From Glaucostegus cemiculus (lineage: Eukaryota): a stretch of 64,000 bases of DNA. Position 1 is the stretch's first letter. Every line of letters begins with the position of its first letter. The stretch is from positions 4,712,001 to 4,776,000 of the forward strand of contig CDPCPM010000367.1 of assembly GCA_976551045.1 (NCBI GenBank), read 5' to 3'. The notes beneath the pieces were generated by a model. It was given only the letters and a program-made list of their open reading frames with translations. It searched no databases and had not been told where the DNA came from. Positions 25,891 through 38,154 of this stretch are shown here, in pieces. Both the position numbers and the translations under genes were made by a program.

Positions 25891-28182
25891 GCCATGCATA
25901 TAGACCTCGGGTGAAAATGGACAAACCAGTCAAGAGACTGACTCTGGTTTGGCCTGAAGGAAAAGTCTTAGCCCTGCAGGACTGCCTGGAAACTACGGAC
26001 TGGAACACCTTCAAAGAGGCAGCCACTCAGGACAACCACATTGATATCCAAGAGTATACAGACTCTGTGCTATGCTACATCAGAAAGTGCACTGAGGATG
26101 TAACTGGACAGAATGATTACAGTGAGGGCAAATCAGAAGCCCTGGATGACTGGGGAGGATCACTGTCTGCTACGTACCAGAGATGCAGCTTTCAGGGCGA
26201 GGGATGAGGGAGCTCTGAAGTCTGCAAGGAAAGATCTGTCTCGGGGTATTAAAAAGGCAAAACGACAATACGCAGAAAAGATAAATAATAATTTCACCAA
26301 CGACAGGGATGCGAGGCACCAGTGGAAGGGAATCCAGGTCATCACAGACTACAAAGCTCCACCCCAGGTTTGTGATGGTGACTCATCCCTACCAGACCAG
26401 TTAAATGAATTTTATGCAAGGTTTGAGGCCATGAACAATAACACCTGCCTCGAACGCCCGGCCTTTGCCAGAAGAACAGGCTTTGAGACTCACCCCAGCC
26501 AGTGTGGGGAAAGCCCTTTTACAGGTTAACCCTCGGAAGGCTGCAGGACCGGATAATATACCGGGGCGGATACTTAGGGACTGTGTGGACCAGCTTAAAG
26601 ATGTACTGGCTGACATCTTCAACATCTCCCTACAGCAGGCTGTTGTTCCTAAGTGCCTAAAATCTGCCACCATCATACCAGTTCCTAAGAAGTCTCCTCC
26701 AATGTGTCTGAATGCCTACCGTCCCATAGCTCCAACACCGATTGTCATGAAATGCTTTGAGAGGCTAGTTATGAAGCACATTAGAGCCATCCTTCCCCCA
26801 TCCTTGGATCCTCATCAGTATGCTTATCGGGCAAACAGGTCCACCGATGATGCAGTCTCCTCTGCCATGTACTCTGCACTATATCACTTAGAGAAGAAGG
26901 ATTCATACTGCCGACTGCTATTCCACGACTTCAGCTCCGCTTTCAATACCATCATCCCACAACAGCTAATCAGGAAGTTGAGCGCTCTGGGCATTAACTC
27001 TCCTCTCTGCAACTGGATACTGGATTTTCTAACTTGCAGGCCGCAGTCAGTCAAAATTGGTGAAAGCACCTCAAGCACCATCACACTGAGCACTGGCTCC
27101 CCACAGGGTTGTGTGCTCAGTCTGCTCCTGTTCACCTTGTTGACTCACGACTGTGAGGCCAGATCCAGCTCCAACCGCATTGTTAAATTTGCCGATGACA
27201 CGACATTGGTGGGTCTTGTCACGAATGACGATGAGTCGGACTACAGAGAGGAGGTGAAACAACTAGCCGTGTGGTGCTATGACAACAACCTCTCCTTGAA
27301 TGTGGATAAAACCAAGGAGATGATAGTGGATTTTAGGAGGGGTCACCGTTTGCACGCCCCACTGACCATCAATGGGTCTGCTGTGGAACAAGTACGCAGC
27401 ACCAAGTTCCTGGGGGTGCACATCACCGACGACCTGACCTGGTCCACTAACATTACGGCCCTCACGAAGAAAGCTCAGAAACGCCTCTACTTCCTGTGGA
27501 GACTGAGGAAAGCGTACCCCCATCCCTCTGTCATGAAAACCTTCCATAGGGGGACCATTGAGAGCATCCTAACTCAATGTATCACTGTTTGGTTTGGAAG
27601 CTGCTCAGCTGCTGGGCGGAAGTCCCTCCAGAAGATAGTTAGGGCTGCGGAGTGGATCATAAGTGTCTCGCTTCCATCCCTCGCAGACATATACAAAGAC
27701 CGTTGTGTGAGGAAGACCAAAAGCATAATGGCCGACCCTTCTCACCCCTCCCACCACCTCTTCACAATTTTGCCATCGGAGGAGGCTTAAATGTATCAGG
27801 GCAAGAACGACCAGGCTGAACAATAGCTTCTTTCTGCAAGCCATCAGAACTGCAAACTCTCTCATCCCTCCATCTTCCTTTGTTAACACTAAGAGATGCT
27901 AGGTGCACAGAAACGCACCAGCACTTTAAATGCCCGACACCAGCCCGTTCACTTTAATAACTATTTATTTATTTACTGGCCATTTTTAATTTAATCTGTG
28001 TACTAATTTAATTTTAACTTTCGTAGCTTTTAATGTTTTTTAATGTTTATTCTGTCAAGTGTGTATGTGTGTCTCTGTTGGTTGTTATGTTATTTTATGG
28101 GACGAGCACCTGAGGAGGACGGTATCTCGCTCCGATGCATATTATGTATGTATATGGTTGTGACAATAAAACTGATTCTGAT
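25891..28182 (+). mobile_element. Rex1/Babar LINE copy 3 (5'-truncated, frameshifted)
   Basis: ORF pieces 25911-26207, 26113-26529 and 26465-27790 are colinear with copies 1 and 2; AATAAA at 28165 plus a CTGATTCTGAT tail. Confidence 0.93.
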
Positions 28183-28933
28183 GTGACATAAGACAAATGA
28201 AATACAGGCATACATTCAAGTTTGATCGATTTGACATGACAATACTGGGAAGCAAAAAGCAGCAGTACTAATAATAAGTGCAACAGAAGGGGTTTCAATA
28301 AGAGTAAAGGGCAGTGGAAGTGGTCAGGGCAGAATATTATGAATGCATTCAGAATAGTTGTCTACACTTATCCCAAATGCCATAATTGTGGGGAGAGCTG
28401 GAAAGAAGCCTAAATATGAAGATCAGGGAAGCATTGGGGGGGGGGGGGGGGGAAACATTGTTTTCTTGCAAAATTTAAATGTTTACAGACAGAGAAGCAT
28501 AAAACTTCAACTACTAAATACAAATAATTTCTAACTGGTCTTGGAAACAATAGAGGAATGAGTCATTTGGGATTTGTGAAGGGTAACAAACCAGTGTCAG
28601 TCAACAGGAAAGCATCTTTCCAATAGCTAGAATATGAGTGAGTTTGATATAAGGTTTGCACTGGAGAAGAAGGGCGAGTTACAAACCAAAGTTTTAGAGG
28701 CACATTTGGAAGGGATGGGATATGAATTTACAGCAATAAATGGCATTGTTCTTGAGGGGCTGAATGACCTGTTGCAGTTCCTTGTATTTTTAGATCCTGG
28801 TTTAAAAATGTGTGGAACAAGCTGATTGGGATTTCTAATGACTTCATTGTTGTTAAATATTTCATACTTGTGGAAGCAACTATAAATCTGACACAAATTT
28901 GAAAATAATTTTTATTTTGCTAAACCCTTTTAG

Positions 28934-28995
28934 GTGAAGTCTGTAATCAATCTTCTCTTTGCTGCATATACTGGAGATGTTTCTGCACTCAGAAG
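28934..28995 (+). CDS. GLS: Glutaminase KGA exon (exon 16 equivalent)
   Basis: ttttag|GTG...AGAAG|gtaag; VKSVINLLFAAYTGDVSALRR, first ankyrin repeat, matching human KGA as recalled. Confidence 0.96.
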
Positions 28996-30004
28996 GTAAG
29001 ATTTTTCAAAGGCCATGTCAGGTCACAGTTGGGTTTGTGTGTTCATCTAATTGGAGCTGGCACATGGATTTGCGTTTGCAAACATTTTTATTGAATGCTC
29101 TAGGGTTTGGTGTGTAGGATGCAGGCAAAATGTCCAGATTATTTCACTTGTAATTATAGGTGAAAATTGGGGGAAGTGTATTAGTATTGAGAAATGCAGG
29201 AATTCAAAGAAATTATATTTTACTTATTGTTATTATCACTCCAAGCACATTAAAGTTTTAGTTATTAAAAAGCAATATCATTTTATGACCTTCTTTGTAC
29301 AACCAGATGACTTTGCCACTAAGTGGGTAAACTGGAACTGCATTAAGTACTTGGACCACTGATTTTAAGGGATTTCAGAAGAATTGAAATAGACAGTAGT
29401 GGTTTAATTTGCCACTACAATAAATGGCTGCAGTGTTGAGGCAGTCGTACAAACATTGTGAAAGGTTTTCCTAAGCAACTTAAGAGAATACCTTTTGGGT
29501 TTAATGAGCAGCTGATACCCTAAGCCACTTTAAACTTTGCCATCTGCAAGGTTTTTTCTCCCCCACGGTAACTGTTACTTGACAGTCATTGATTTATTGG
29601 AGTATCCAGTTTACATAAAGTCAGAAATGAAAAAGCTTATGTGGCTGCAAATAATAGTGTCAGCAAATAATTTTCTGTACCCATTTATCATGCTGTATGT
29701 GCAGTATTTACAAAAGCTGCTGATGCTGACAATAACAGGAAGAGTCCCTCTGAAATTTTGTGCATATTATGTAAATAGGTATTTTTGGTGACTACTTCGG
29801 CTTTCTTTTAAACTTATTTGACTTGCAATTACATGAAAAATAAGCCACCAAGGAAATAAATTGCATGAATTCATCAGCCAGAAATATAATTCTAGTTGTC
29901 ATGGTACTAATTTTTTTACGTGGAGAAACTGACTAATCCTGTATAAATCTAATTCTGATATGAGAGACATTGCCATATCCTTTGCCATTCATGTTACTAA
30001 TAAC

Positions 30005-31255
30005 AAAATAAACAAATTGCTGAAAATACTCAGCAGGTCAGGAAGCGGGAACTCAAATAGGATTAATGTTTGAGGTTGAAGACCCTTCATCAGAACTAGG
30101 AAGGCGACAAATAGAAGCGTGTTAAGTTGCAGGGAGGGTGGGGAAGAAGGGATGTCACTGATGGGGTAAAACTAGAGACACCATGGGGGTAAACTGTAAA
30201 CAAAGTTATCTGGTCAGGGAGTGAATGGGAGCAGTTAAAGAATAAGAGCATAAACAAAAGAACCTAGGCAAAAGAATGTGGGAGTTACAAGATGCAGAGC
30301 AGGTAGACATGCCCAGGAGGTTGCGTTGGGCATGTCCTCCATTCCAGGGGGAAAAAAAGAGGGGAAGAGAAACAAGCTGAGCTAATATTACAGATGGATA
30401 ACTGACGCAGATAGAGAAATCAAGTTACCCGAAGTTGTAGAATTTGGTGTTTGGTCCAAGAGGCTGCAACGTGCTCAGATGGAAGATGAGTTGCTGTTCC
30501 TCGAGCTGACTTTGGCCTTGTTGTAGTAGTACAGGAGGCCACAGATTATTGGGTCAGAGTGAGAGTGGGATAGGGTATTAAAGTGGCAGGCAACAGGAAG
30601 TTTAGTGTGACTCCTGCAGACTGAATAAAGGTGACCTGCATTTGGTTTCTCTGCAAACCTGGTCACCTGATCCACAGTACACTAGATTGGAAGAAGTGCA
30701 AGTGAATCGCTGCTTCACCTGGAAAGACTGCTGGGTGAGGGGAGGGGAAGAAGTGAAAGGACTAGTGTTTCATTGACTGTGTTTATATAGGAAAGTGCCA
30801 TGAGAAAGGGAGTGGTTGTTTGCAATGGAAGAGTGGACTAGGGAGTAGCAAAGGATTTCAATGAGATGCTGAACGGAGAAGAGGGGCTACATGTGTCAAG
30901 TGGTGGAATGTCTTTGGTGGTGGGAATTGTGGAGAGTGATTTGTTGAATGTAGAGGCAAGTGGGGTGGAAGCTGATGATGAGGGGAACTCTATCCTTGTT
31001 CTGTCCTAGAGGAGAGTGGGTGAGAGCTGAGGTGTGGGAAATGGATGAGATGCTGTCAAGGGCCTTGTTAACCATGGGAGAAGGGAAGCCAGGGTTCAGG
31101 AAGAACTGATATGGTCAATGGAGATACGAGATTCTGCACATGCTGGAATCTGGAGTCGCACACAAAATGCTGGTGGAACTCAGCAGGTCAGGCAGCATCT
31201 ATGGAGGGAAATAACCAGTTGAGGTTTTGGGTTAAGACCCTTCAACAGGACTCAA
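30005..31255 (-). mobile_element. Penelope-like element remnant with a second partial pLTR at its 5' side
   Basis: ORF 30475-30675 RFAE...LPVACHFNTLSHSHSD..GLLY (GIY-YIG); terminal repeats at 30005-30100 and 31125-31255. Confidence 0.72.
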
Positions 31256-31916
31256 TGGATAATTGTCTATTTCAAAGCTTTTTCAACATGGGCATTCTTT
31301 GCAGTTTTATTCCATTATATTCCTAAAAATTATTAAACAGATTAAAATGGTTGAACAGCTTGAACTCTTGTAGTTAATTTGACAAAAATGAGAGACACAA
31401 TATCATCAGATCAATGCTGAATGTGGTGTTGTAAACATTGCTAGTTAAAATTCAGCCAGAGCATCTGTAGCACAACTGCTCATTTGTGTCATTGTCTTGC
31501 ATATTTTAGTGGTATGCATTATATATTTCCTCTTTTTTTAAAAAAAAAAGCTTTTTTTAAATTAAGCTATCTTTGACCAACACCATGAACTTAAACTGTT
31601 AAAGTTCTGTCAGCAAAAAAAGTCTGTGAATGTCCATCTCACAGGACTCTTATTAATTCAGCATTATTAGCTATTTCACACCCGAGAACTTAAAGCAATT
31701 ATAATTGTACAGTTGCAAATCATATGAAAAAGAGAAACACTGGATGGAATTTTCATCTTGTTTATTTTAATATCATGCATTTTTGTATAAGGTTACACTT
31801 TTTAAAAGAAGTGTTACATTTAAAATTTAAAGTAGATTATTTTATCTGTATGTAATAGAATAAAAAGACTTGTAAAGATACTTTAAGATTTCTTAAACAG
31901 TTACCTTTTGCTCTAG

Positions 31917-31993
31917 GTTTGCTTTGTCTGCTATGGATATGGAGCAGAGGGACTATGACTCACGAACAGCACTGCACGTAGCAGCTGCTGAAG
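31917..31993 (+). CDS. GLS: Glutaminase KGA exon (exon 17 equivalent)
   Basis: ctctag|G...GAAG|gtacg; [25 protein letters not shown](G); phases fit the neighbouring exons. Confidence 0.96.
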
Positions 31994-32088
31994 GTACGAT
32001 TTGATTTCTAGAAATAGCATAACACTTATACCATGGTAAGGAAGCCAATTAATAATTCAGAGTTTCACAGATTTACTTTCATTTATAG

Positions 32089-32152
32089 GCCATGTGGAGG
32101 TGGTTCGCTTTCTGTTAGAAGCTTGCAAAGTAAATCCGTTCCCTAAAGATAG
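32089..32152 (+). CDS. GLS: Glutaminase KGA exon (exon 18 equivalent)
   Basis: ttatag|GC...GATAG|gtaag; [22 protein letters not shown]. Confidence 0.96.
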
Positions 32153-32688
32153 GTAAGTTGATAATTATTTAACTTAAGCAACCTGCCTAGTCCCATGTAT
32201 TTTGCACCAGAATGAATAAAAGAAATTCTATAAGTATTGGCCTGTAGATTGTCTTGCTCACTTTTTAATAATTGTGATGAAACACTTGTGGCAATTTCTT
32301 GATTAATTCTGTAGTTACCTCCTATAAGTAAAGTATTTATTCAAAGGGGTCATCTGTTAAGCTTATTTTCCTTTAAACTATTTTCCAAATGTATATAAAA
32401 TTTTCTTAATAGAAAACCTTGAGAGAGCAATCCAAGCAATTCTTAAAACAATCTTTGGGATGAGCAGCTCAAAACTAAATACTAAATATGATAATAAACT
32501 GTTCTTCCTCTGTCACATTTTATAAGTAGATTTTTAGTAGATGATTTTGAGGACAACTTTGTTCTTTGGAGGTAAATCCTCCTGAAAAATGAACTTAATG
32601 TTTATAATGCCATTTACAATTTCTTTCAGGCTGTTTAGCAGGAATGTATTGTTTAAGTTGCTTTGTCATTTTTTAAATATAATTTTAG

Positions 32689-32842
32689 GTGGGGCAACAC
32701 ACCAGTGGATGAGGCAATTCACTTTGGCCACCATGATATTGTTACAATCCTTCAAGATTATCAAAACCAGTATATACCTTCAGAAGACTCAAACAATGGG
32801 AAAGAAAAACACTCCAAGGAGAACATAGACAGCATGGTATAG
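32689..32842 (+). CDS. GLS: Glutaminase KGA terminal exon (exon 19 equivalent), coding part
   Basis: ttttag|G TGG...GTA TAG; WGNTPVDEAIHFGHHDIVTILQDYQNQYIPSEDSNNGKEKHSKENIDSMV*. Confidence 0.95.
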
Positions 32843-33149
32843 TTCTTCAATTTCCAACAGTAATTTCATCCTGAATTACCAAAATCAAACTGATATTTGA
32901 GTGATGTTTGTAAAATAGTGTTGTATTTTTGGCAAGTAATTGCTCTGGTGTTTTAGACTTGAAATTTTTTTGATGTAATCTAGAGAAACAATAGGCCTGG
33001 GCAAAATTAAGTAAAAAATCTAGTGCTCAGTTTGAGCAGTGACTCTGGGACTTGAAATAATGCACTAAGTTCTATGTGTGTTTTGGAAAAAAAAAATAGG
33101 ATAATCTCAGCACAATTTAAGACTTGTAGGAAGCTATTGGCTTACAGTC

Positions 33150-33325
33150 AATGTGAAATTGCCATGGAGTTCTGAATGATGTGAATAGTTGAAAGTGATT
33201 AAATCACTCTCATCTCCTGGCCTATAAATGCTGGAAAATATCTAGTTTTAGAAAAATGTTATAAAGAAATTATTATTGTTGTGGTTCGTAACTAACTTGT
33301 TGGCAACATTTCTGTAAAATGTGAA
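33150..33325 (+). promoter_or_regulatory. Cluster of miR-23 seed matches in the KGA 3'UTR
   Basis: AATGTGAA (8mer) at 33150-33157 and 33318-33325; ATGTGAA (7mer-A1) at 33179-33185. The miR-23a/b seed is UCACAUU. Confidence 0.55.
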
Positions 33326-33472
33326 TGAACATTATCGTGTCTAGTAGAAATTGTCAGAATGTTTTATCAGTAGAGGCAATTTTACCTGCACAAATCTTTG
33401 AATAATCAGTTGTTCCAAATGTGTAAAGGCAGAGCATTGAACTGACTAGTAAGTATTGACTTTTGTTTATCT

Positions 33473-33478
33473 AATAAA
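33473..33478 (+). terminator. GLS: Candidate proximal poly(A) signal of the KGA 3'UTR
   Basis: AATAAA about 630 nt after the KGA stop. Confidence 0.4.
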
Positions 33479-35162
33479 CCTTGTCTAATTTTAGTTTCCC
33501 GATTGGCTACCAAAAGACCAGACTCAAGATGAGGGTTATATAAACTGTTGTCTTAGATGTGTTTGCTTGGGATTTGTTACTTGACATTTTCCCTTTTTAT
33601 TTAGTTTGCTGTTTCATTCAGTACTGACTTGCGTTTTTTTCCCCACATTCTTAAGGGCCACTAAACAGAAGAGACTTCATGTTTCATTACTGTAAATTTT
33701 GTAAGTAAATGTCTCCGAGGAATGCAAATGATTTACTGACAAAAATATTATCATTTATCAAGTTCTCACAATTTTTCAAAAATGAACTTTTCCAACATTT
33801 TGCCTGATTTATTGATGTTCGGAATGAAGGTCATCAGGAAACTGCTCTAGCTTTAATTAGAAATCTGTTATGTTTTAAATCAAAATCTTGTTCACTTATA
33901 ATTGAAATTTTGGTTGTGGAAAATTTAGGGGATAATTTGTCAGTGGCATTTTGAATATTTAAGCAAGTGTAAGATTTTGTTTTTGTGTTGGAGTTGGTCC
34001 AATAGTTTGTAGTAATTAATTGAAAATAGACTGACAACTAGCATTGTACTTCAGCATCAAAACCAGTTAAAATATACAAAACTGTCCTGTGGTATTGCTG
34101 CCACATTCTGTATGTAGCTTGCTTTGGAAAATGTTCATTGTTCTCTGTAATTTGTAAGCATGACATTATACAAGGCTACATAGTTCATGCCTTTATTGAG
34201 ATTTTTAACGTATTTGTTACGTGGATTGTAAATTTGTGTTCTGCAGAAGTCTGCATTATTTAGTGCTTTAAACATTAAGCAAAGAGTGGGAAAAGGCACT
34301 TCTATCCCATTATGCCATATGTGGTCTAAAGCATTGGGCATACCTATCTTCTAGATTTGAACCAAATTTTCTAAAACACCATCCTAATGTCCAAAGATCA
34401 GTGAACAATACTAGAATGTTTTCCATTCTTATTTTTTTGAGGGAACTTGGCTTGTTTTTTTTTCATTTTTGCTAATGAATCTTGACTAAGTGCACAGTTT
34501 CTAAGACAAGGTGCCATACCATGTCTTGGAATTTTCAATGTAAGAGTGCGCCTGAAATAGTTCTGATTTGCTGATCTAGTTGCATTAAAGAAAACTTTCT
34601 GGTGCTGCATTGTGCATGAATCATTTGCATTCCTGTAGGATACCAATCTTTAATAATTGCATTTGAAGCATAATTTGTGTGCTTAGAGGCTTAACTGCCA
34701 AAGCTTGCTTGATGCTTTTATCTGTGTATGTGCTTGCTTGGGATCTTTAATGAGATTCTAGCATTGCAGCATAATTTTGTTCTTTGTATTTGTTTTAAAG
34801 TGTATTTCTATCCATTGCTCTTATTTCAGTGTAGGACTTGATGCTCTAGCTGTTAAATTTTCAATAACTGTATGTGTCACTAGTACAGTTGTCAAGACAA
34901 CTCGCTCATTTTTAGTTTTGCTCAGTGTGTGATAGTATTGGCCTCTGCTTGTACTTAAACCAAGGGATGGTTTGTGGCTGTAATTGTTTTTCAATATTGT
35001 GATGTATGTATTTCTGGGTATTTTGGTGTTGAATGTATTTGCTAACAGCAATCTGTTTTTCATTGTTGCTCCATATTTTCAATCTGTAATGTTGAAGTGT
35101 TGCTGGCAATGCAAGCTATTTATCTAAAAAGATATAGGCAAATCAGGGTGTGTTAAATACAG

Positions 35163-35168
35163 AATAAA
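35163..35168 (+). terminator. GLS: Candidate distal poly(A) signal of the KGA 3'UTR
   Basis: AATAAA at the end of a ~2.3 kb U-rich UTR-like tract with no recognisable repeats, followed by U/GU-rich sequence. Confidence 0.45.
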
Positions 35169-36659
35169 TAAGATGCAGAAAAGTTTTGGATTCCTTATTT
35201 TGTGCGTAAAGTGTAGTGCCGGTTTACAAACGTGGAAATGCTGCATTGATTAGGAAAATTAACTTCTAAAATGGCTACTTTCATTTTTAATAATCATTTG
35301 TTTGCCAGTTGTTGTAAACTCCTTTCTCATTAGTTCTGTTAGTTATAAACTTTTTAAATGGGATATGTAAACAAAATGCATGACTCATATCCTCAGGTTC
35401 TCCTCAAGGGAGTGACTCAGTCTGGGAGACAGTTCACTGACTTGCATAAATGATCAGTTATTATTAAAGAAAAGGTGTGCCAGGACCTTGAGAGCACGTT
35501 ATCTTCTGTGGATCATGATCACAGTTGGAAAGGCCTGGTAAATTTCCTCCTCCTCATTCTCCAAGATGAAATGAAATGACATCTTTTAATTATGGCTAAT
35601 TTCCATCTAATTCATCTGGGTAGAATTAAATTTATATCAGTTATGGTGTATATGTTTTAAGAAGGAGCACATTTAATCAATAAACTAACGAGCCTTTGTT
35701 AAGCAAACTAAGCAAGTTAAGCAAACGGTCAATATATTGAATGTAAAGTTCATTTAGGGAATGTAGGAAACAGAAATTATCGCAACTTCTCTCAGTAAAG
35801 CAGTGTAATGTTTTCAGAACAATGCTATGAATGGGGGATAACTGCATATAACCTATGAGCACAATGTCAATCTCATATGTTATTATTAGCAGAATGGACA
35901 CCATGTTTGAGTGACAAATAAATTACCCGGTCATTTGTATTACACCTAGAAAGAATATGAGATGTATGTTTAGGCCATTTGGCTGATCGAAACTGCTCAG
36001 CCATTCATTGAGATAATAGTTGATCTTCTACCTCAATGTCTTTTGCCTGTATTATCCCTGTGTCCCTTGTTTCTCTTAATACTGAAATCTAGTGATCTCT
36101 GTTCTAAAATGAATTCACAATTTCCTGGAGTACAGAATTCCAAAGATCCACCATTCTCTGCATGAATAAATTTCTCTTCATCTTGGGTTGAAATCACCTA
36201 CCCTTTATTCTGAGACTGTTGTCACTATATGTAGACAACAGATAGAAAGAAAAAAACTCCTGGAAACCCTTAATGCAATCAGTCAGCATAGATTTCAAGT
36301 CTTCCTTGATGCAACCTTATTGAATTCTGGAGAGGTAGCAGAGAAAGAAGGCAAAGTTTATGCTGGAGATGTTATTTACATAGCCTTCTAAAAGGTCTTT
36401 GTTTAGGTGATGGAAAAATCAAGGTCACTGTGCAGTTGGTAAATAATTAATGGAATAGAAAGTTGGAATAACTAGTTAATAATGGAATAAGTAGTTTCAA
36501 TATAGAAAGCAGATTAGCAATAAAGGGTAGTTTACTAGTACAGGTAAAAGGTCCCACAAGAAATGGTGCTGAGATCTTTGTTTACAGTTTTATTTCCTGA
36601 TGTCAAAAAGTAATTTTTAAATATGCAAATGTTACTAGATTTGGATTGCCAGTAGAGGA

Positions 36660-37340
36660 CTGCAGCTAACTGACTGTATTGATGCAGCTTCCTCCACTCA
36701 AATTTCAGTACTTTTGCTGCCAAGTTGCACCCTGCTCTTGCATTCACTTGGCCCAGGACTCCTCCCTTTCTTGACATCTTCAACTCCATCTCAGATGATA
36801 TGTTGGCTACTAATAATAATTTTCAGCCCACTGAGTCATACAACCTATCGTGCTTCCTGTAACCATTCCATTCTCCCGGTTTCTCCATGGCCATCATTTC
36901 TTCTCTGATGATGAGACTTTGCACACTGGTGCCTTTTTGTCTTCCTCCTTCCTTAATCATGGCTTTCCCTCTACCATGGTCGACGGGGCTATCAGTCGTA
37001 CTGCCTCGTTTCCAGTATTTCTCACCGTCTCTCCTCAACCAGAACTAGGAAAGACCTTGTCCTCTCCTTCCTGCCCAGCAGCCTCCACATTCAATGGCTT
37101 ATCTTTTGTAATTTTTGCCACCTCCCAAGAGGATATCACCACCAGACATCATCTTGCCATCCCCTCACTCTGCCCACCATTCAGCATTCTGAGGGCCCCC
37201 TTTCAATCCAGTGTACTGCATACAGTGCTCATGATATGATCTCTACACTGGAGAAATAAAATGCATCTACTATTTCTCTCTCCACTGATGCTGCCTGATC
37301 TGCTGAGTGCTTCCAGCATTTTCTGCTTTTTTTAAATGGA
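36660..37340 (+). mobile_element. Penelope-like element remnant (RT C-terminus/linker + terminal repeat)
   Basis: PFLDI...FSDDETLH..SSSFLNHGFPSTMVDGAISR-like translation; GATGCTGCCTGATCTGCTGAG repeat at ~37287. Confidence 0.65.
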
Positions 37341-38122
37341 TTTCCAGAGGTGCAATTTTTCACTCTAAGTAATAAATGTGTACTATGCACCTAAGTAATA
37401 TATAATTATGCACAAGGCCTTGAGAGTGTCTGCTTTCAGCAGCACTGTGAGTTACAAAACTGAAACTCTTAAGATACAGGTAAGTTCAAGTGATTCTTAA
37501 TGTTCATGGGCATTACCTTTTGTTTTTACAAAGGGGGTTGGATATGATGATCCATATAATCTTGATAGAATTCTAGCACAGCAAACCTGGTGATCATCAA
37601 CTTACTATATATATAGCTGCTGGCAATCTCATGGTGAATGTGATCTCTCCCAGCTGCTTCATTTGGTATAGTGCCAAGTTACATACATTTGCATTGCTAA
37701 ATCTTTATGGCTAATTTGCCATTTAATGCAAAATCATTTGGAAGAACAGTAGTTCTTCATTCTGCACTCGCACGGCCACCCTTCAAAATAGAGTTTGGGT
37801 CAATTCTAACATAATTCTGTGTTGATTAAAAATGCCATTGGTGGTTTTGGATTGCTGGTGATGCATGTCCTTGCACTCTGTGAAGGTCGAAGGCTGTGTC
37901 AGTGTACTAGCTCATTTTCCCCAGCTAAAAATTCATTGACTTATTGCGTTTGATCTTCAGTTTCAAACCTGTCAAGAATATCAGACCATCATTTACTCAT
38001 GAGCCTTGGTTTTTATTACTATTTCATGCTGCCCATGAATATATTAATATAGAGTGATAATTTAAAGGAATACTTGGAATAATTTGGTCCTGCTGTTGGA
38101 TTGAAAATGAAAAACCCACAAA

Positions 38123-38154
38123 TTTATTAAGTATGCTTTATTAACTGGTTTATT
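38123..38154 (-). terminator. STAT1: Cluster of three AATAAA on the - strand, candidate STAT1 distal 3' end
   Basis: TTTATT at ~38123, ~38137 and 38149 on the + strand, at the low-coordinate edge of an A-rich tract that looks like an antisense UTR. Confidence 0.3.

Noticed and set aside
22571-28452. G20 and G17 tracts as functional G-quadruplex or hnRNP H sites
   Set aside because: Similar poly-G/C runs occur throughout the window (e.g. ~43124-43141, ~38585, ~63230), so they look like background slippage.
34067-34074. TTAAAATA resembling one half of the rat KGA pH-response element
   Set aside because: Single 8-mer in an AT-rich UTR; the tandem direct repeat is not seen.
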